The translations under genes were made by a program, and so were the position numbers. Shown here in pieces: positions 12,090 through 25,689 of a DNA stretch of 64,000 nt. The stretch lies in NCBI RefSeq assembly GCF_006345805.1, contig NC_043017.1, positions 7,750,001 through 7,814,000 of the forward strand, read 5' to 3'. The DNA is from Octopus sinensis (taxonomy: Eukaryota). The notes below the pieces were generated by a model. That model worked only from the letters and a program-made list of their open reading frames with translations, made no database searches and had not been told where the DNA came from. Each line of letters begins with the position of its first letter. Position 1 is the first letter of the stretch.

Positions 12090-12910
12090 TCCGATTCTAC
12101 GCGGAGAAGAAAAGTGTGGGTAGGGGGGAACCCTTTAGGAGAAAAAAGACAAAAAGAAAAAGAAACCCCCGGAAAACACACTACTACTTCGCTCTGCCCC
12201 TCAACGCATTGTCTTATTTATATTATATGTATAACATATATGTTGAAGCGATCGGTGTGCGCTGTTTTATTTTTGTGTATGTAACGAGCAGAAGGAGGTG
12301 GTGGTTTTGATGCAGTGTTTTATATAACAAGAATCATTTGGGAGGCTAGAACGAGTTGTGGCATGTTTCATGTTTGCTGTTCATTGTTGCACATGCTACT
12401 GGTGCATCTTCTCTCTGTCTGTCTTTCTCTGTCTTCCCAGAGGACGACTTCCAAACGAAATATTCTCTTCCTCCTCTTCATCATCGCGTATTTCTCTATT
12501 TGATTTTCATTCATTGATAATACTTTTTACCGTTTAAAATTGCCTTTTCTTCTTCTTCTTCTTCCCCAACCCGCTTTTTCTCTCTCTCCCTCTCTCTCTC
12601 TTTTCTTCTTCTTATCGTTCCATTTGCCGATCGGGGTGATAGATATATTATCTCCACCACATCCAAAACCGTTTCTGCAATGTCTGTCTTCCAAATGAAT
12701 GAATGAATGAATGAACAGGAAGAAAGAGAGAACGTGATAAAAAGATGGCTTGTGATGAAACATTTTGTAGACCCAACCACTTGCTGTGGTGTCTGTCTTG
12801 CACTGAGTGATTCAATGTTTTAGGGCTTGCAACCGTTTCATGTGTTGGTGGTTGCAGTGTTCGGTGCAACACTTGACGTGTTCCAACGACGTTGTGTAAC
12901 CTCTGGCGGT

Positions 12911-13640
12911 GTTGAAGTTTTTGTACAGCCACTGATATGTAGTGGGGGAAGTGTGGACTACATAAAACCATTGGAGTGGGGTGGGGGAAGAATAGTGGTG
13001 AGGTGTGGAGAACGTATAGCCACTGGGAAATAGTGGGGGAAGTGAGGGGTACGTACAGCCGCTGATATATATAATGGTGAAGTGTGGGGTATATGCTGGC
13101 ATTGGTAGGTAGATGTTAAGTATGGGATACATACAGAAAATTGGGGTTGTGAGAACGCGGGGTACATCCGCTAATGGTGGGTAGTGAAGTGTCGGGTATA
13201 TACAGCCATTAGTAATGATGGTGGTGGAGGTAGTGGAGAAGAGAGAAGTACAGCCATTGGAAGGTTGAGGTAAAGTGAGGGGTACATACAACCACTGGTA
13301 GATGGATGTGAAGTGAGGTGTACATACAACCCACTGAAGGGAGATGTGATGTAAGGGGTGCACAATCGCTGATAGGTTGAGATGAGGTGTGGGGTACATA
13401 TAGCCACGGATAGGCAGAAGTGAAGCTTGGGGTATAAACAGCAGCTGGAAGTTAGGGGTGAAGTAAGGGGTACATTCAGCCATTGGGAGGTAGTGGTGAA
13501 GGCTGGGGTGCATACGGCTACTGGTGGGTAAGTTGGTGGTGAAGCGAGGAATACATTGAACCACTGGCAGGTAATGGTGAAGCCTGGGGTATATACAGCC
13601 ACTGGTAATTAATGGTAAAGCGTAGGTACCATTGCTGGTT
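12911..13640. repeat. Degenerate G-rich minisatellite, about 19 units of mostly 35-40 bp
   Basis: Approximate consensus GGTGAAGTGAGGGGTACATACAGCCACTGGTAGGTAGT. A different, more decayed repeat (TGCAGTGGTATAGTATCGATAC / GTAGTATGACTGTAAC) follows to about 14100. Confidence 0.85.
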
Positions 13641-14187
13641 GTTGTTGCAGTAGTAATAGTAGTCTGGTGTGGGTACATTTATTGGTTATAGTAGTGTAGT
13701 AACGCTTTAACTGATAGTAGTGGATACGTCCAGTTGCAGGGGGGTATACTATCGATACAACCGTTTGCAGTGGTATAGTATTAATATAACCACCTGCAGT
13801 GGTACAGTATCACTTACAGTGCTATACTATCGATACATCAAGTGACATTGTAACCACTTTAATTAGCATAGAGTGGGAATAATCAGTGATAATAATTGTA
13901 ATAATATAGCTGTAACACAACGCACTGTTTTATAGTGTGGCTGTATGTAACCTCACTAATGCAGTGTCGATTGTATGGCTATAGCCATTCAGGGTCAATA
14001 AGATGACTAGAACTACATGTAGTGTATGTAGTATGACTGTAACTTCTTGTAGTGTCTGTAGTATGACTAACTACATGCAGTGACTATAGTGGGAATTATA
14101 TTCACCCTATACGTTTGCCCACCGCTTGATGTTAACCTTCACCCGGCTTCCATCATTTCATCAATACATTATTTGTGTGTATATACG

Positions 14188-14220
<33 letters not shown>

Positions 14221-14679
14221 TATATATATATACATACAGACACACAGATCCGTCCTTTTATTTTCTATCTATCTATCCATCCATCCATCCATCCATATAT
14301 CTATCTATACACACAGGCCTCTCTCCTTCCCTTTATTAGAAATTCTATTGTGCGCAAGCCCTGCCTCCCATCACCAGTGCCATTTGTGAATGCGCCACCT
14401 CGCCTTTGTTCTCCCCTGGTTTTACCTGTTAATTTTGTGTGGAACACCTGAAATGGTCCCTAGTATGTGTGTGAGTGTAAATGTGTGTGCGTTGCTTTCC
14501 TGAACACACCAGCACACCCGTTTACACACTTATACACACGCGCTGCAGAAGAACAATGTAATCGTCTGGTTTGATTGTAGTAGTGAAATAAATACATTAT
14601 GATTACCAGATTAAATTCACCCGACTACAACTCCTTGAACAGTCAATGACAGACGATAGGTGTACACACACACACGCGC

Positions 14680-15394
14680 TTTCTGTCTCTCATATGCTCT
14701 CTTTCTCTCTCTCTCACGCGTGCACATTTACACATGTATACCTTCATACACACAGCTTTATATGAGTATGAATAGAGAGAACTGGAACACTTTCACTACG
14801 AACAGCGATTCTACAACAAATCATACGCATTCGAACAGTATATGTGTGTGTGTGTACCTATGTATGCGTATTTATATACATTATGTATGTATATATGGAT
14901 ATATGCATGTATGTGTATGTATACACATTTATGTGTGATATATACATACACGAATGTGTGTATATATACATGTATAAATGTGTGTATATGTACTTATATG
15001 TATGTGCGTAAAATGTACATGTATGAATGTACGCGCAAATGTGTATGAATTTATGTGCAAATGTCCATGTATATATATGCATATGTACGTGTATGCGTGC
15101 ATATATATATACATGTATGCAGTGTGTGTATATGTATGCACGTATGTATGTATATACCTATTTATATATGCATGTGTGTATATAGGCATATACACATATA
15201 TAGGCATATAGGCATGTGTATATATAGGCATATACACACACACATATATATATATACATACGTGCCTATAATATACACACATTTAACTCGATATTTGGAT
15301 GTGTTTACGCACATGTATACATCGATATATAGATGTACACACCTAATTATATATATATATATATATGTGGTCATGTATGCACGCACAGACATTC

Positions 15395-15426
<32 letters not shown>

Positions 15427-15500
15427 ATATACCAGTGGTAGAGTAATATGCTTTATTTAAAGCATATAAAATGATATATATATATATATAAAATGAGAGG
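14680..15500. repeat. Compound (TA)/(TG)/(CA) microsatellite field
   Basis: Directly visible; explains the Y/I/C/V/M/H/T-only ORFs. Confidence 0.9.
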
Positions 15501-17146
15501 GAGAGAGAAATGTCCAAGTGTGTGAAGGGTGTATGAAAATAACGAGAATAAAACCCGTTTCAGGTTTTCAGGTGTAACGTTGAATATATTTCAGTCAGCT
15601 CTTCCCTATTCTGTGAGCTTCAGATACTCTCCATTCTATAATGAGATGACACAAAAACTAAAGCATTCTGACTTTTTATCTCTAGCCTTCCCCAACCTTG
15701 CAGACTCCTCCTTCTGCATCACCAACACGTTACCTGCCTGTTTATATATGTGTGTGTGTGTATGTATATTGGTGTCATAGCGTGTATGTGTGAGCATATA
15801 AATGTGTTATATATATGTGTGTGTGTGTCAGTGTAATAATGTTGGAATATATGTATCTCTGTCCCTACATCTCTTTACAGAATCTCTGTTCAGGGCAAAT
15901 CGCTGTGTGTGTGTGTGTGTGTAAATGCATGCCTGCTAGTATGCGTGCGCGCGCATGTCTTGTGTCAATCGGTTTTCATGCATATGTTTGTATGTGTGTG
16001 TGTGTGAACAGACATGGATATGAATAATGCAAGGGCAACAAATACATTACTGTTGATACACGCACACACAGAGGAACAAACCTTTCTGCATATATCGAGC
16101 TCTTTTTTTCATTGTGCATTAAACGTGTGTACACACACACACACGTGATTAATTCATACATGTATAAACGTTTAATATATGTATAACGCACTTACACATA
16201 CACACATGTATATGTATAGGCATACGTACGACACATACATGATTATGTGTACAGATAAAATAAGCTTTATGCGCCCAGTATTTTCGTTTTGGAAATTATG
16301 TATGTTGAATATATTGTAGCTGTTGGTGTTGTAGAGTTAGTAGTAGTGCGGTGATAAGCCGTGTGGGGCGCACCGGTTTCGATTTCCCTTCACTTTCATT
16401 TAAATTGTTCATCTAATTCCAAATCTCCTATGCAAGAAAGTGTACGGGTTAGTGTGTATGTATATACATGAGTGATTATTATCTCTGCTGATTATCATAG
16501 TCTCGGACTGGGCTTAGGTGTGTGTGTGTGTGTTTACCTTTATGATTTGTACAGGCAACCCTTCATCTGAAATGCTTTGTTCGTGTCATTGTATCCTAAT
16601 GTATAATATTCATATTGGTCCTTCTGGCAGTGCAGAATCGGTCGGTAGCGCTCTGGAACGAACAAATGCTTTGTGCTGTAGTATTTAATTGATGTTCCGA
16701 GTTCAAGTACCATCGAGGTCCACTTTGATGGCAGCTAGGGCTATCTTAAGGGCATGGAGACACTGGCCAGTTGTCCGAGTGCTTCGTCGGTCTAGTGGGC
16801 TCAATTATGATCTCTTGTATGCTGTGGCTTGCTGTCAATAAATAAATAAATACTGTACATTATGTATGTCCGGGCGTATATAATGCTGATAAGACGGTCC
16901 TACTCTGATAAAAGGGTAGGACTGATATAAGTGGTCCAATTATGTCCTGCTTGGTAATCTAATCGACTGCCCTTCAAATTTGTTGGCTTATTCCAATGGA
17001 ATAAATCGGTGATAGAACTGTAGAATCGTTAAAGCAGTGGACAAAACGACTTGCAGTAATTAGTTACAACGTTTTGAGTTCAAATCCCGTTCGAGGTCAA
17101 TAAAGTAAAGTGCAAGAGAGGATAAAATTGAAAACATGTAGTTTAT

Positions 17147-17306
17147 CAATAGAGTAGCTGGGGTGACGGGTGAAAGGGAGGTCCGTCTCTGGCGACGCTT
17201 TTGGGTCTGCTGTATAAGCCTGTATAGGCTTAGGACCTGGGAGGATGTGGGAGGGACGGAAAACTCAGAGGCTGCTTCAGGCGGCTCACACTTAGCTATG
17301 TCACTG
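17147..17306. mobile_element. hAT-type MITE (160 bp)
   Basis: Decayed TIRs CAATAGAGTAGCT... / ...AGCTATGTCACTG; 8-bp flanks TAGTTTAT / GAGTTTAA (6/8). The same 3' end occurs at 26100 and 57821. Confidence 0.6.
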
Positions 17307-17504
17307 GAGTTTAATCATTCGAGATTGGTGATTCGTGTGTGTGTGTGTGGACAATATTCACTCCAGATCAGCCCTGGTCGTGAAGATCTATGATGAAAGA
17401 GATTTTAATCCCGTTTTCTTCAATATCAGAATTGAGGGAATTTAACTGTTATTTCTAACAAATTGTGGTCGTAGCAATCTTATCTAGATAAAACAGCAAA
17501 AAAT

Positions 17505-17755
17505 TACATTCCAAAGGCTTGCTTTCCAAATGTCAAGAAATACTTCAGAATAGGAACTACAGTAGAATATGGCTTCCATGTCTGGGTTAGCTCTGCTTCT
17601 ACACACAAGTACATCCCTGACTTCATCCAAAAGAACCCCATCTAACTGATTGGCAAGGACTTGCTAACCAAGTGCACTGATGACTGCTTCACAGGTGCTC
17701 TGTCTCTTCACTCTGCCCTTTCTATAACTAATACAGCAATCTTTGCTCCTCTGAA
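17505..17755 (+). mobile_element. LINE (CR1/Jockey-like) RT C-terminal fragment
   Basis: VEYGFHVWVSSASTHKYIPDFIQKNPI*LIG resembles LEYCSHVW.......LDRIQ..AIRLIG. Confidence 0.6.
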
Positions 17756-17759
17756 GGCA

Positions 17760-18040
17760 CATGGTCATGTGGTTAGGGTGTTGCACTCATGATCGTGTGT
17801 TTGATTCCCAGATCAGGTGGTGCGTTGTGTTTTTGAGCTAAAACACTTTGTTTCACGTTGCCCCAGTCCATTCAGCTTTAAATGGGTGACCCTCTGACAG
17901 AACAGTCTTCAGATCAGGGAGGATGGCCTGCTCGCCTAGCCAGCAGGGTGCTGTCATTTGAAAGCTAAAAGAATGCGAAGCATGTGACCACTGATGTATA
18001 ATAACATCCAATAATCTAGTCAATATCGTAATACCATGAT
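17760..18040 (+). mobile_element. tRNA-derived SINE family E, near full length
   Basis: Head TGGTCATGTGGTTAGG...GTTTGATTCCC (A/B-box-like); 3' end shared with 1299-1410. Confidence 0.7.
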
Positions 18041-18809
18041 ATCTATCTATATTAATATATTTATTATATTTCATATATATATTATATTATATTACACACA
18101 CACACATATGTATCTCACCTCTTCTCAATTTCTACTGCCACATTAGTCTCCTCATCTGAAACCTCACAATAACTATTTAATGCAGTTTTTTCTCCCAGAA
18201 TGTTAACATTATGGAATTCTGTTCAACATCCTCACATGTTTTGTACAACAAATGTTAACTTTCACTTGTTGAAGCTGAACATCAGCCGCATTAATCTCAC
18301 TAGTCTGGGAGACAGACCTGTAAAGGTCATGGTGACAATCCTTTCCTTTCTAATGGAAACCACACGAACATAGATACTCGCACACATATGCATATATAAC
18401 ATCTATTCACATATTCATATATGTACACCTACACATGTGTATTCATATACATGCATTCTCATATTCCCAAATATAAAAATAAATACATACATTGTCATAC
18501 ATACATGTGCAGTTATACACACACACTTGGATACATATACATGTGTGTGTATGTATGTGTGTGTTTGCAAGCCATCTAAGAGTCCATAAGTTAGGAAAAA
18601 GATGCACTCATATATCTGTCAGTGTTGTTGTTGTTGTAGATTTTCCTTCTTGGCTCATAAGGGTCGGTTTCCTGGTTTCATCGGTGTATAAGTTCCCCAC
18701 CTGGACTGGACACCAGTCTGTTGCATCTATCAGTGGAGTGGGTATATTAATTGAAATGTACAGTAATTATACATTCATTACAGCCGATCTTATCAATCGG
18801 TTTTGCACT

Positions 18810-19140
18810 GGGGGTTCACTGGACTGCAGCCATGCTAATGCACTACTCTGGTACTTATTCTATTAATCTCTTTTGCCAAGACGCTAAGTTATGGGACAAA
18901 CAAACCAAGGCCAGTTATCAGGAGGTGGTGATAGGGGTAACACTCATACATACTTACATATATACTCATATATATACATATGCATGATGGACTTACCCAC
19001 AGATTCCAGCTACCAAATTCACTTACAAGATATCAGTTGATCCAGGGCTCTAGTAGAAGAGACTTACCCAAGGTACCACACAGTGGGACTGAACCCAAAT
19101 CCACATGATTACAAAGAGAGCTTCTTAACTACACAATCAT
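18810..19140 (-). mobile_element. Family-B SINE
   Basis: Reverse complement of 19279-19690. Confidence 0.75.
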
Positions 19141-19278
19141 AGATACAGCTGTATATATATTTATGTATATTTTTTATTAATATTTAGCAGAAGCAACAGA
19201 GTGAAAACTAGAACTCAAAATATGAGTATTAAAAATATAACCCAAATATATATATATATCTATGTATATACATATATA

Positions 19279-19442
19279 GGGGCACAGCAGTGGCTGTGTG
19301 GTAAGTAGCTTGCTTACCAATCACATGGTTCTGTGTTCAGTTCCACTGCATGGCACCTTGGACAAGTGTCTTCTGCTATAGTCTCGGGCCAACCAAAGTC
19401 TTGTGAGTGGATTTGGTAGATGGAAACTGAAAGAAGCCCATC

Positions 19443-19481
<39 letters not shown>

Positions 19482-19688
19482 TGTGTGTGCATATGTTTGT
19501 GTGTCTGTGTTTGTCCCTCCAACATCGTTTGACAACCGATGCTGGTGTGTTTACGTTCCCGTAACTTAGCAGTTCAGCAAAAGAGACCGATAGAATAAGT
19601 ACTAGGCTTCCAAAGAATAAGTCCTGGGGTCAAGTTGCTCGACTAAAGGTGGTGCTCCAGCATGGCTGCAGTCAAATGACTGAAACAA

Positions 19689-19690
<2 letters not shown>
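19279..19690 (+). mobile_element. Full-length CORE-type tRNA-derived SINE (family-B reference copy)
   Basis: A-box-like TGGCTGTGTGGT, B-box-like GTTCAGTTCC, CORE-like TGGCACCTTGGACAAGTGTCTTC, internal (TG)n, and 3' GCTCCAGCATGGCTGCAGTCAAATGACTGAAAC. Confidence 0.85.
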
Positions 19691-19726
<36 letters not shown>

Positions 19727-20494
19727 ATACACACACACACACAGACAATGTGCATGAATATACTTTTACACATACATACATTGACTCATATTAATTTGTG
19801 CACATTGGCTTACATATAAGTGGACATACATACAACTCATACACACACCTGATTGACTTACACCTCACCTATATTAGCAGTCTCAATTGATCTACCCATC
19901 CTTCATTCTTAGATACCCTTACCCCACCTGTATACATACACATTAATATTACTCATTACACAAAAATATTTTGATAGATCTTTCTCTGACACATACAACA
20001 CACCACTCCCTGATACACACGCATTGAGACATCACTTACATACACACATCACACATACTATACTTACACACACATATGCAATATTTACATACACACATCA
20101 CACATACTATACTTACACACACATATGCAATATTTACATACATGCACTCACACTTTACTTATACACACACACAGACCCACACTACTTCTACATGTAATTC
20201 TTACACATTCATGCACACATACTTATGTACACACTTACACATACATGCTCGGAAATAAATATAAATACACTGACACACAGGTATATATAACACTGACACA
20301 TCTATACACATGTATGTATGTATGTATGTATGTATGTATGTATGTATGTATATATATATATATTTTATATATATATATATACATATATATATAAAATAAA
20401 ATACAAAATGGGACAAGAATGCAAAACATCCGGACAACTAGGTGATACAAAAAGGGACAACAAAATATCCAGATAGACGATACAAAAAAACATA

Positions 20495-20550
<56 letters not shown>

Positions 20551-20924
20551 GTTTATACATATGCATAATGAACAAGACCCAAAGGTAGTGTCTCTCTTTG
20601 GTATTTTAGACTGACAAATGATGACCATTCCACCTGGTAGTGACCAGGTGTATATAAACTACAACCAGTTTAGCCAGTCTGGTCACCCAACCTGCTAGAA
20701 ACATCAGCTACATCTCCTTGAATCACAGCTTATAATTTTTTTTAAAAAAGAAGGACACATTGGATAATATTGTTTTAAGAACGCTGTCTGAATATTATAT
20801 GGAATGGGCATGGCTAAAGTGTCTTTGCAGCTCAATCAGAATTGACTAAGCACGAATGCTTTTCCATCTTATTTCTTCTCTCTAGATCCTAAGTTTTTTT
20901 TCTCTCAATGTGGGAAGCTATTAT

Positions 20925-21120
20925 TAGCTGAGCAAGAGGCTTAGTGGCATTTTATCTGTCCTTACATTCTGAGTTCAAATTCCACCGAGGTTGACTTTGC
21001 CTGTCATCCTTTCTCAGTTGATAAAATAAGTACCAGTTAAACACTGGAGTTAGTGTAACTGATTAGCCCCCTCCTCTGAGTTTGCTGGCCTTGTGTCCAA
21101 AGTTGAAACCATTATGATTA
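20925..21120 (+). mobile_element. Family-A SINE
   Basis: Central GTTGACTTTGCCTGTCATCCTTTC motif and ATT tail. Confidence 0.75.
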
Positions 21121-21557
21121 TTATTATGACAAGGGAAGTTAGCTTTGCCTTAAGGTCTTATGTTAATTAATCTTAGAACCCATTATTTCAAGGGCAGCAT
21201 AATAGCAGAATTGATCTGATGTGGTAATCTGAGTTTCAATTCTGCCAGAATCACTTCATGTTGAAAGTACATCTTCAGTTTTTTTCAATCTTGGCCACAG
21301 GTTCATCCTTCTGGGATTTAATAAAATAAATAGTTATTCAGTTTTCGGTGTTAATAACTGACTGTTGCTCCTTCCTCCAAGATTTCCGGCTTTGTGCCAA
21401 CTAGAAACTGGGAAGTTTTCCTCTGTTGGCTGTGAAGAAAGAAACTGTAGGTGGACAAGATTGTAAAGACTGAAGACATACTTTCCTTTTTGACTGAACC
21501 CTCATCAACTTAAGTTCCACTTGAAGAGGGAGGTGATGCTACCATCATGTTGTTGGA

Positions 21558-21800
21558 TCATCATCATCATCATCGTTTTAACATCTGCTTTTCCATGCCT
21601 GCATGGGTCAGATGGAATTTGTTGAGGCAGATTTTTGGTAGTTAGATGCGCTTCCTGTCACCAACCTTCACCTGTTTGCAAGCAAGGTAATATCTCCCCA
21701 TGGACAGACATGTTTCCATGGAAGAATGGAAATGAATGACACTGCTTGTATGAAGGTGATTCTCTTTTACAACCATCATGTGAAGTGAAGACAAGGATAC
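21558..21800 (-). mobile_element. Family-C variant retroposon with (GAT)n tail
   Basis: CATCATCATCGTTTAACATCTGCTTTTCCATG...; similar copies at 29320, 30440, 33280. Confidence 0.7.
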
Positions 21801-21824
21801 CTATACCCCAATCCCCATGACAAG

Positions 21825-22345
21825 CTTTTTTCACTTTCTGCTCACCAAATTCATTACAAAGTTTTGGTTGGCCCACGGCTATAAAAGCTGTGCAGTGGGT
21901 TTGAACTCAAAACCATTTGGTTGGGTATCAAAATTCTTAACCACACAGCTATGCCTATGAAAAAAAAAAGTTGTTAGTAAATTATATGGCTGTATGGTAA
22001 GAAGTTTGCTTCCCCACCACATGGTTCTGGGTTCAGTCCCATTGCGTGGCACCTTGGAAAAGTGTCTTCTACTATAGCCTTGAGCTGACCAAAGCGTTGT
22101 GAGTGGATTTGATAGATGGAAACTGAAAGAAGCCTCATGTATATATATGTGTGCATGTTTAACCCCCACCACTGCTTGACAACTGGTGTTGGTGTGTTTA
22201 TGTTCTCATAACCTAGCAGTTTGGCAAAAGAGACCAATAGAATGAGTACCAGGCTAATAATTACTGGGGTTGATTCATTCAGCTAAAAATTACTCAATGT
22301 GGTGCTCCAGCATGGCCACAGTCATATGACTGAAATAAATGATAA
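21825..22345. mobile_element. Two family-B SINEs head-to-head (minus 21825-21955, plus 21985-22345)
   Basis: Both tRNA-like heads are visible, about 30 bp apart, in opposite orientation. Confidence 0.75.
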
Positions 22346-23296
22346 GAGATATATGTATGCATGTTTATACTCTGCCAGATCTAATTTACTGAGTTTCTAG
22401 TCTAATACGATATTCAAGAGGATACTTAACTTGGAAAGTTAAAATTTTGAAGTAGCAAGTAATCCAAATGAAAGGAAATGATGGTGTCCAGTTTTGAAAA
22501 GTGACATAATCCACAACCCTGCTGCTCTTCAGGGAATTTACTGAAAGATGAATGAACATTAAGAGATTAACCTTGTGAATGGGTCTAATCCTTACATGTA
22601 GCTGTAGGTTGAAGAATACAATTGTGAGAAGGCTTTGCCCTTTGGTAGTCAGAGTAACCATGGATCTGTGGGCTTCCTTATTTGACTGCCTTGTTGTTGG
22701 GACAGCTTGCTTCATTCCATTTGTATGTTGTTGTTTTCCATGCCTGTTTCTTTTTCTAACTTATTTCAGTCATTGGACTGTTTAATTGACAATCTGTCAC
22801 TTATGGCGATGAGGGTTCCGTTTGATCTTATCAATGGAACAGCTTGCTCTTGAAATTAATGTGCAAGTGGCTGAGTACTCTACAACATGTGTATCTTTAA
22901 TGTAGTTCCCGGGGAGAATGGTAGTTACAAACCCCTCCCCTTAAAATTGCTGGCCTTGTGCCTAAAATAGAAACTACTATTAAGCACTGGAATCAACGTA
23001 ATCTGTTTCCTGCCCTCCCCCATAAACTTATATCTTTGTCAGAATATATTATTATTATTATTGTTATTATTATTTTTATTAAATCTATTGCATGATATAT
23101 CAGTTGACAGGGATATTGTTTTGAGGTTTGGTGACAACAAGTCTCCTTAAATCTCAAGAATTTTTCTGAGGATTCTTGGAGAACACAGGATTGCACTTTC
23201 CTGAGGTCAACAATGTGAGCCTCAATTTCAGTATCCTTTAGCCTTCTGGGTAACAATTTGGGCATTGTGTAAAGTACACCAATCTTCATTATCATT

Positions 23297-23670
23297 ATTT
23301 CCTCCACCTTAGCAAAAGCGGAGGTATTGTTTTCTGTCATGTTTGTTTGTTTGTTAGTTTGTCCATGGACAAGATATCTCAAGAACTGCTGAATGGATTC
23401 GGATGAAACTTTCAGGGATGTTTGGCCTCGTGACTGTCATGAACTGATTAGATTTTGGGATTGATCCGGTACTGGACAAGTATTCTGGATTATTTTTCCT
23501 GATTTTTTACTTAATTTTTGAGAGTGGTCAGGTTCATTTTTAGTATTCTCGTTTGTGAGAGCAGTTGAGTTTATTTCAGGTATTCTCATTTTTAAAATCA
23601 TCTCTGGTTAATCATTGAGAGGACATTGGTGTTGCCTTGCCAGATGTTTGTGCTCTCTGAGTGCTCTTGT
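23297..23670 (+). mobile_element. Helentron-associated non-autonomous element (HINE/DINE-1-like)
   Basis: 5' CCTCCAC...GCGGAGG hairpin, then (GTTT)n and ATCTCAAGAACTGCTGAATGGATTCGGATGAAACTT, ending CCTTG...TGCTCTCTGAGTGCTCTTGT. This is the characteristic HINE layout. Confidence 0.65.
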
Positions 23671-23689
23671 TATGATTGCAATCTGACCA

Positions 23690-24265
23690 AATTGTTAGCA
23701 AGCCAGACAAAATGCTTAGCAGTATTTTGTCCACCTTCACATTATGAGTTCAGATTCCACTGAGGTTGACTTTGCTTTTATCCTTTCTGGGTTGATAAAA
23801 TAAGTTCCAATTGTGAACTGGGGTTGATGAAATCAACTTACCTCCCCACCCCAACATTGTTGGTCTTGTGCCAAAATTTGAAACCATTATTATTATTATT
23901 ATTATCATTATTGTTAAGGTGGTGAGCTGGTAAAATCATTAGCACACTGGATGAAATGCTTAGCAGTATTTTGCTTGTCACTACATTCTGAGTTCAAATT
24001 CTGCTGAGGTTGTCATTGCCTTTCATCCTTTCAGGGTTGAATACTGGGGTTAATATGTTACTGACTTATTCCCGCCCACAGAATTGCTGGCCTTGTGCCA
24101 AAATTTGAAAGAATTATCATTATTATTATTCTGCCAAGGTCGACTTTGCCTCTCCTCCTCTCAGTGTTGATAAAATAAATAAAATAAGGACCAGTTGAGT
24201 ACTGGGGTTGATGTAACCGACTTGCCCTACCCTTAATTTCAAGCATTGTACCCATAGTAGAAAGA

Positions 24266-24328
<63 letters not shown>

Positions 24329-24455
24329 TTCAATGGCTCTAGATTGGTGGAACCTATAGAATCTCAGACAGAATGCTTTATGGCATATTAAGTTGATACC
24401 TTTACATATTGAGTTGCTATTCCACAGAAGTTAACTCTGTCTTTCATCTTTCTGG
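23690..24455 (+). mobile_element. Tandem head-to-tail cluster of about 4 family-A SINEs joined by (ATT)n
   Basis: Central motif repeated near 23765, 24010, 24140 and 24430; tails at 23887, 24113 and 24266. Confidence 0.75.
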
Positions 24456-24797
24456 GATCTATCAGCATGTACATTAGAGATACAATCATCTATAATGGAC
24501 TGTATCTTCAATGCTAAATTCAGACACAAACTAAAACAAAGTTACAGATTAAAGTCTTGCTATCTGCAGGATCCTCAATAATTAAGAAACAGGTTTTCAA
24601 TTTTTGTGAAGCTTTTTTTTCCTTTTTTAAATCAAAGTGTTCCTAAGCTTTATATTAGCATAGGGCCCGCACCAAGTAATATTTCTGGAAATGATTATTC
24701 CTTGTTGAAATATGTTACCTTGTGCTTAAGTCAGAGATGATTATTAGAGATAAGCTGTTGGTGTTGAATTGTCAGAAATTGTAGAATGTTGGATTAA

Positions 24798-25018
24798 CCC
24801 TTTCGTTACTGTATTTATTTTGAGATGCTCTGTGTTTCTTTCAATTACTTTAAATATAACAAAGAATTTAGTAAAATAACTTCGTTATCATTACGCTAGT
24901 GTTAGGAACATAAATTGGGACTAAGGTTTGGTGGGAGATTTTAATTCAAAACTTATGAAAACAAGACATTTGTACTACAGAGCCAGAGGCGGTTTCTGCC
25001 AGGTTGGTATTGAAAGGG
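24798..25018. mobile_element. piggyBac-type MITE (221 bp)
   Basis: TTAA|CCCTTTCGTTAC ... GTATTGAAAGGG|TTAA; partial reverse copy near 61390-61495. Confidence 0.85.
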
Positions 25019-25689
25019 TTAAATGAGTTTTGAAATGTAGATTCATTCAAATGTTCTTGTCTGAGTTGACCTTGACTTTCATTGCCCTCAGTATATAACA
25101 TACCAGTTATATACTGAGGATGTTTCAGTCAACTATTATATGTCCTGTACAAGCATTTACCCTATGCTAGTCTCAGAATTTGATATTGTGTGTGCATGGA
25201 TGCATCTGTGTGTGTGTTTGGATGCATCTGTGTGTGTGTTTGGATGCATATGGTGTGTGTATGTCTGTGTGGATGCACATGCATGTATGTGTGTGCATGT
25301 GCATATACATGTGTGTGTGTGTTTTTTGTATGTTATGATTTCTTGATTGTAACTACATAATTTCCTTATGTTGTTGCAAAAGACTGTGGGGAAGGTATGA
25401 ACACCACACATTCGTTTTACGCTACTTGAGAGCTTTCATTCCAGGTTGACAGATTTTCCTCTGATATTAATTTCTAACATTGACAAAAGAAGACCATAAA
25501 TTTAGTGAAGGTGGTATAGTCAATTAATTGAATCCTTCAAATTGATTGGTATTTTATCAGTCCCAGAGGATGCAAAGTGAACTTGACCTTTTTGAGATTT
25601 GAACTTGGAATATAGATGGCTGTAAATATTGCTGTAAGGCATTTCTGTCAGACATTCTACCACTCCTGCCAATCTACCAATCTATTTCC

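Noticed and set aside
12812-13678. 288-aa minus-strand ORF
   Set aside because: It lies on the C-rich strand of a minisatellite where stop triplets are scarce. An overlapping frame is also open, unit lengths are not consistently multiples of three, and there is no recognisable domain.
19279-19350. tRNA-like sequences here and at other SINE heads
   Set aside because: A/B boxes run straight into SINE bodies with no cloverleaf, so these are not tRNA genes.
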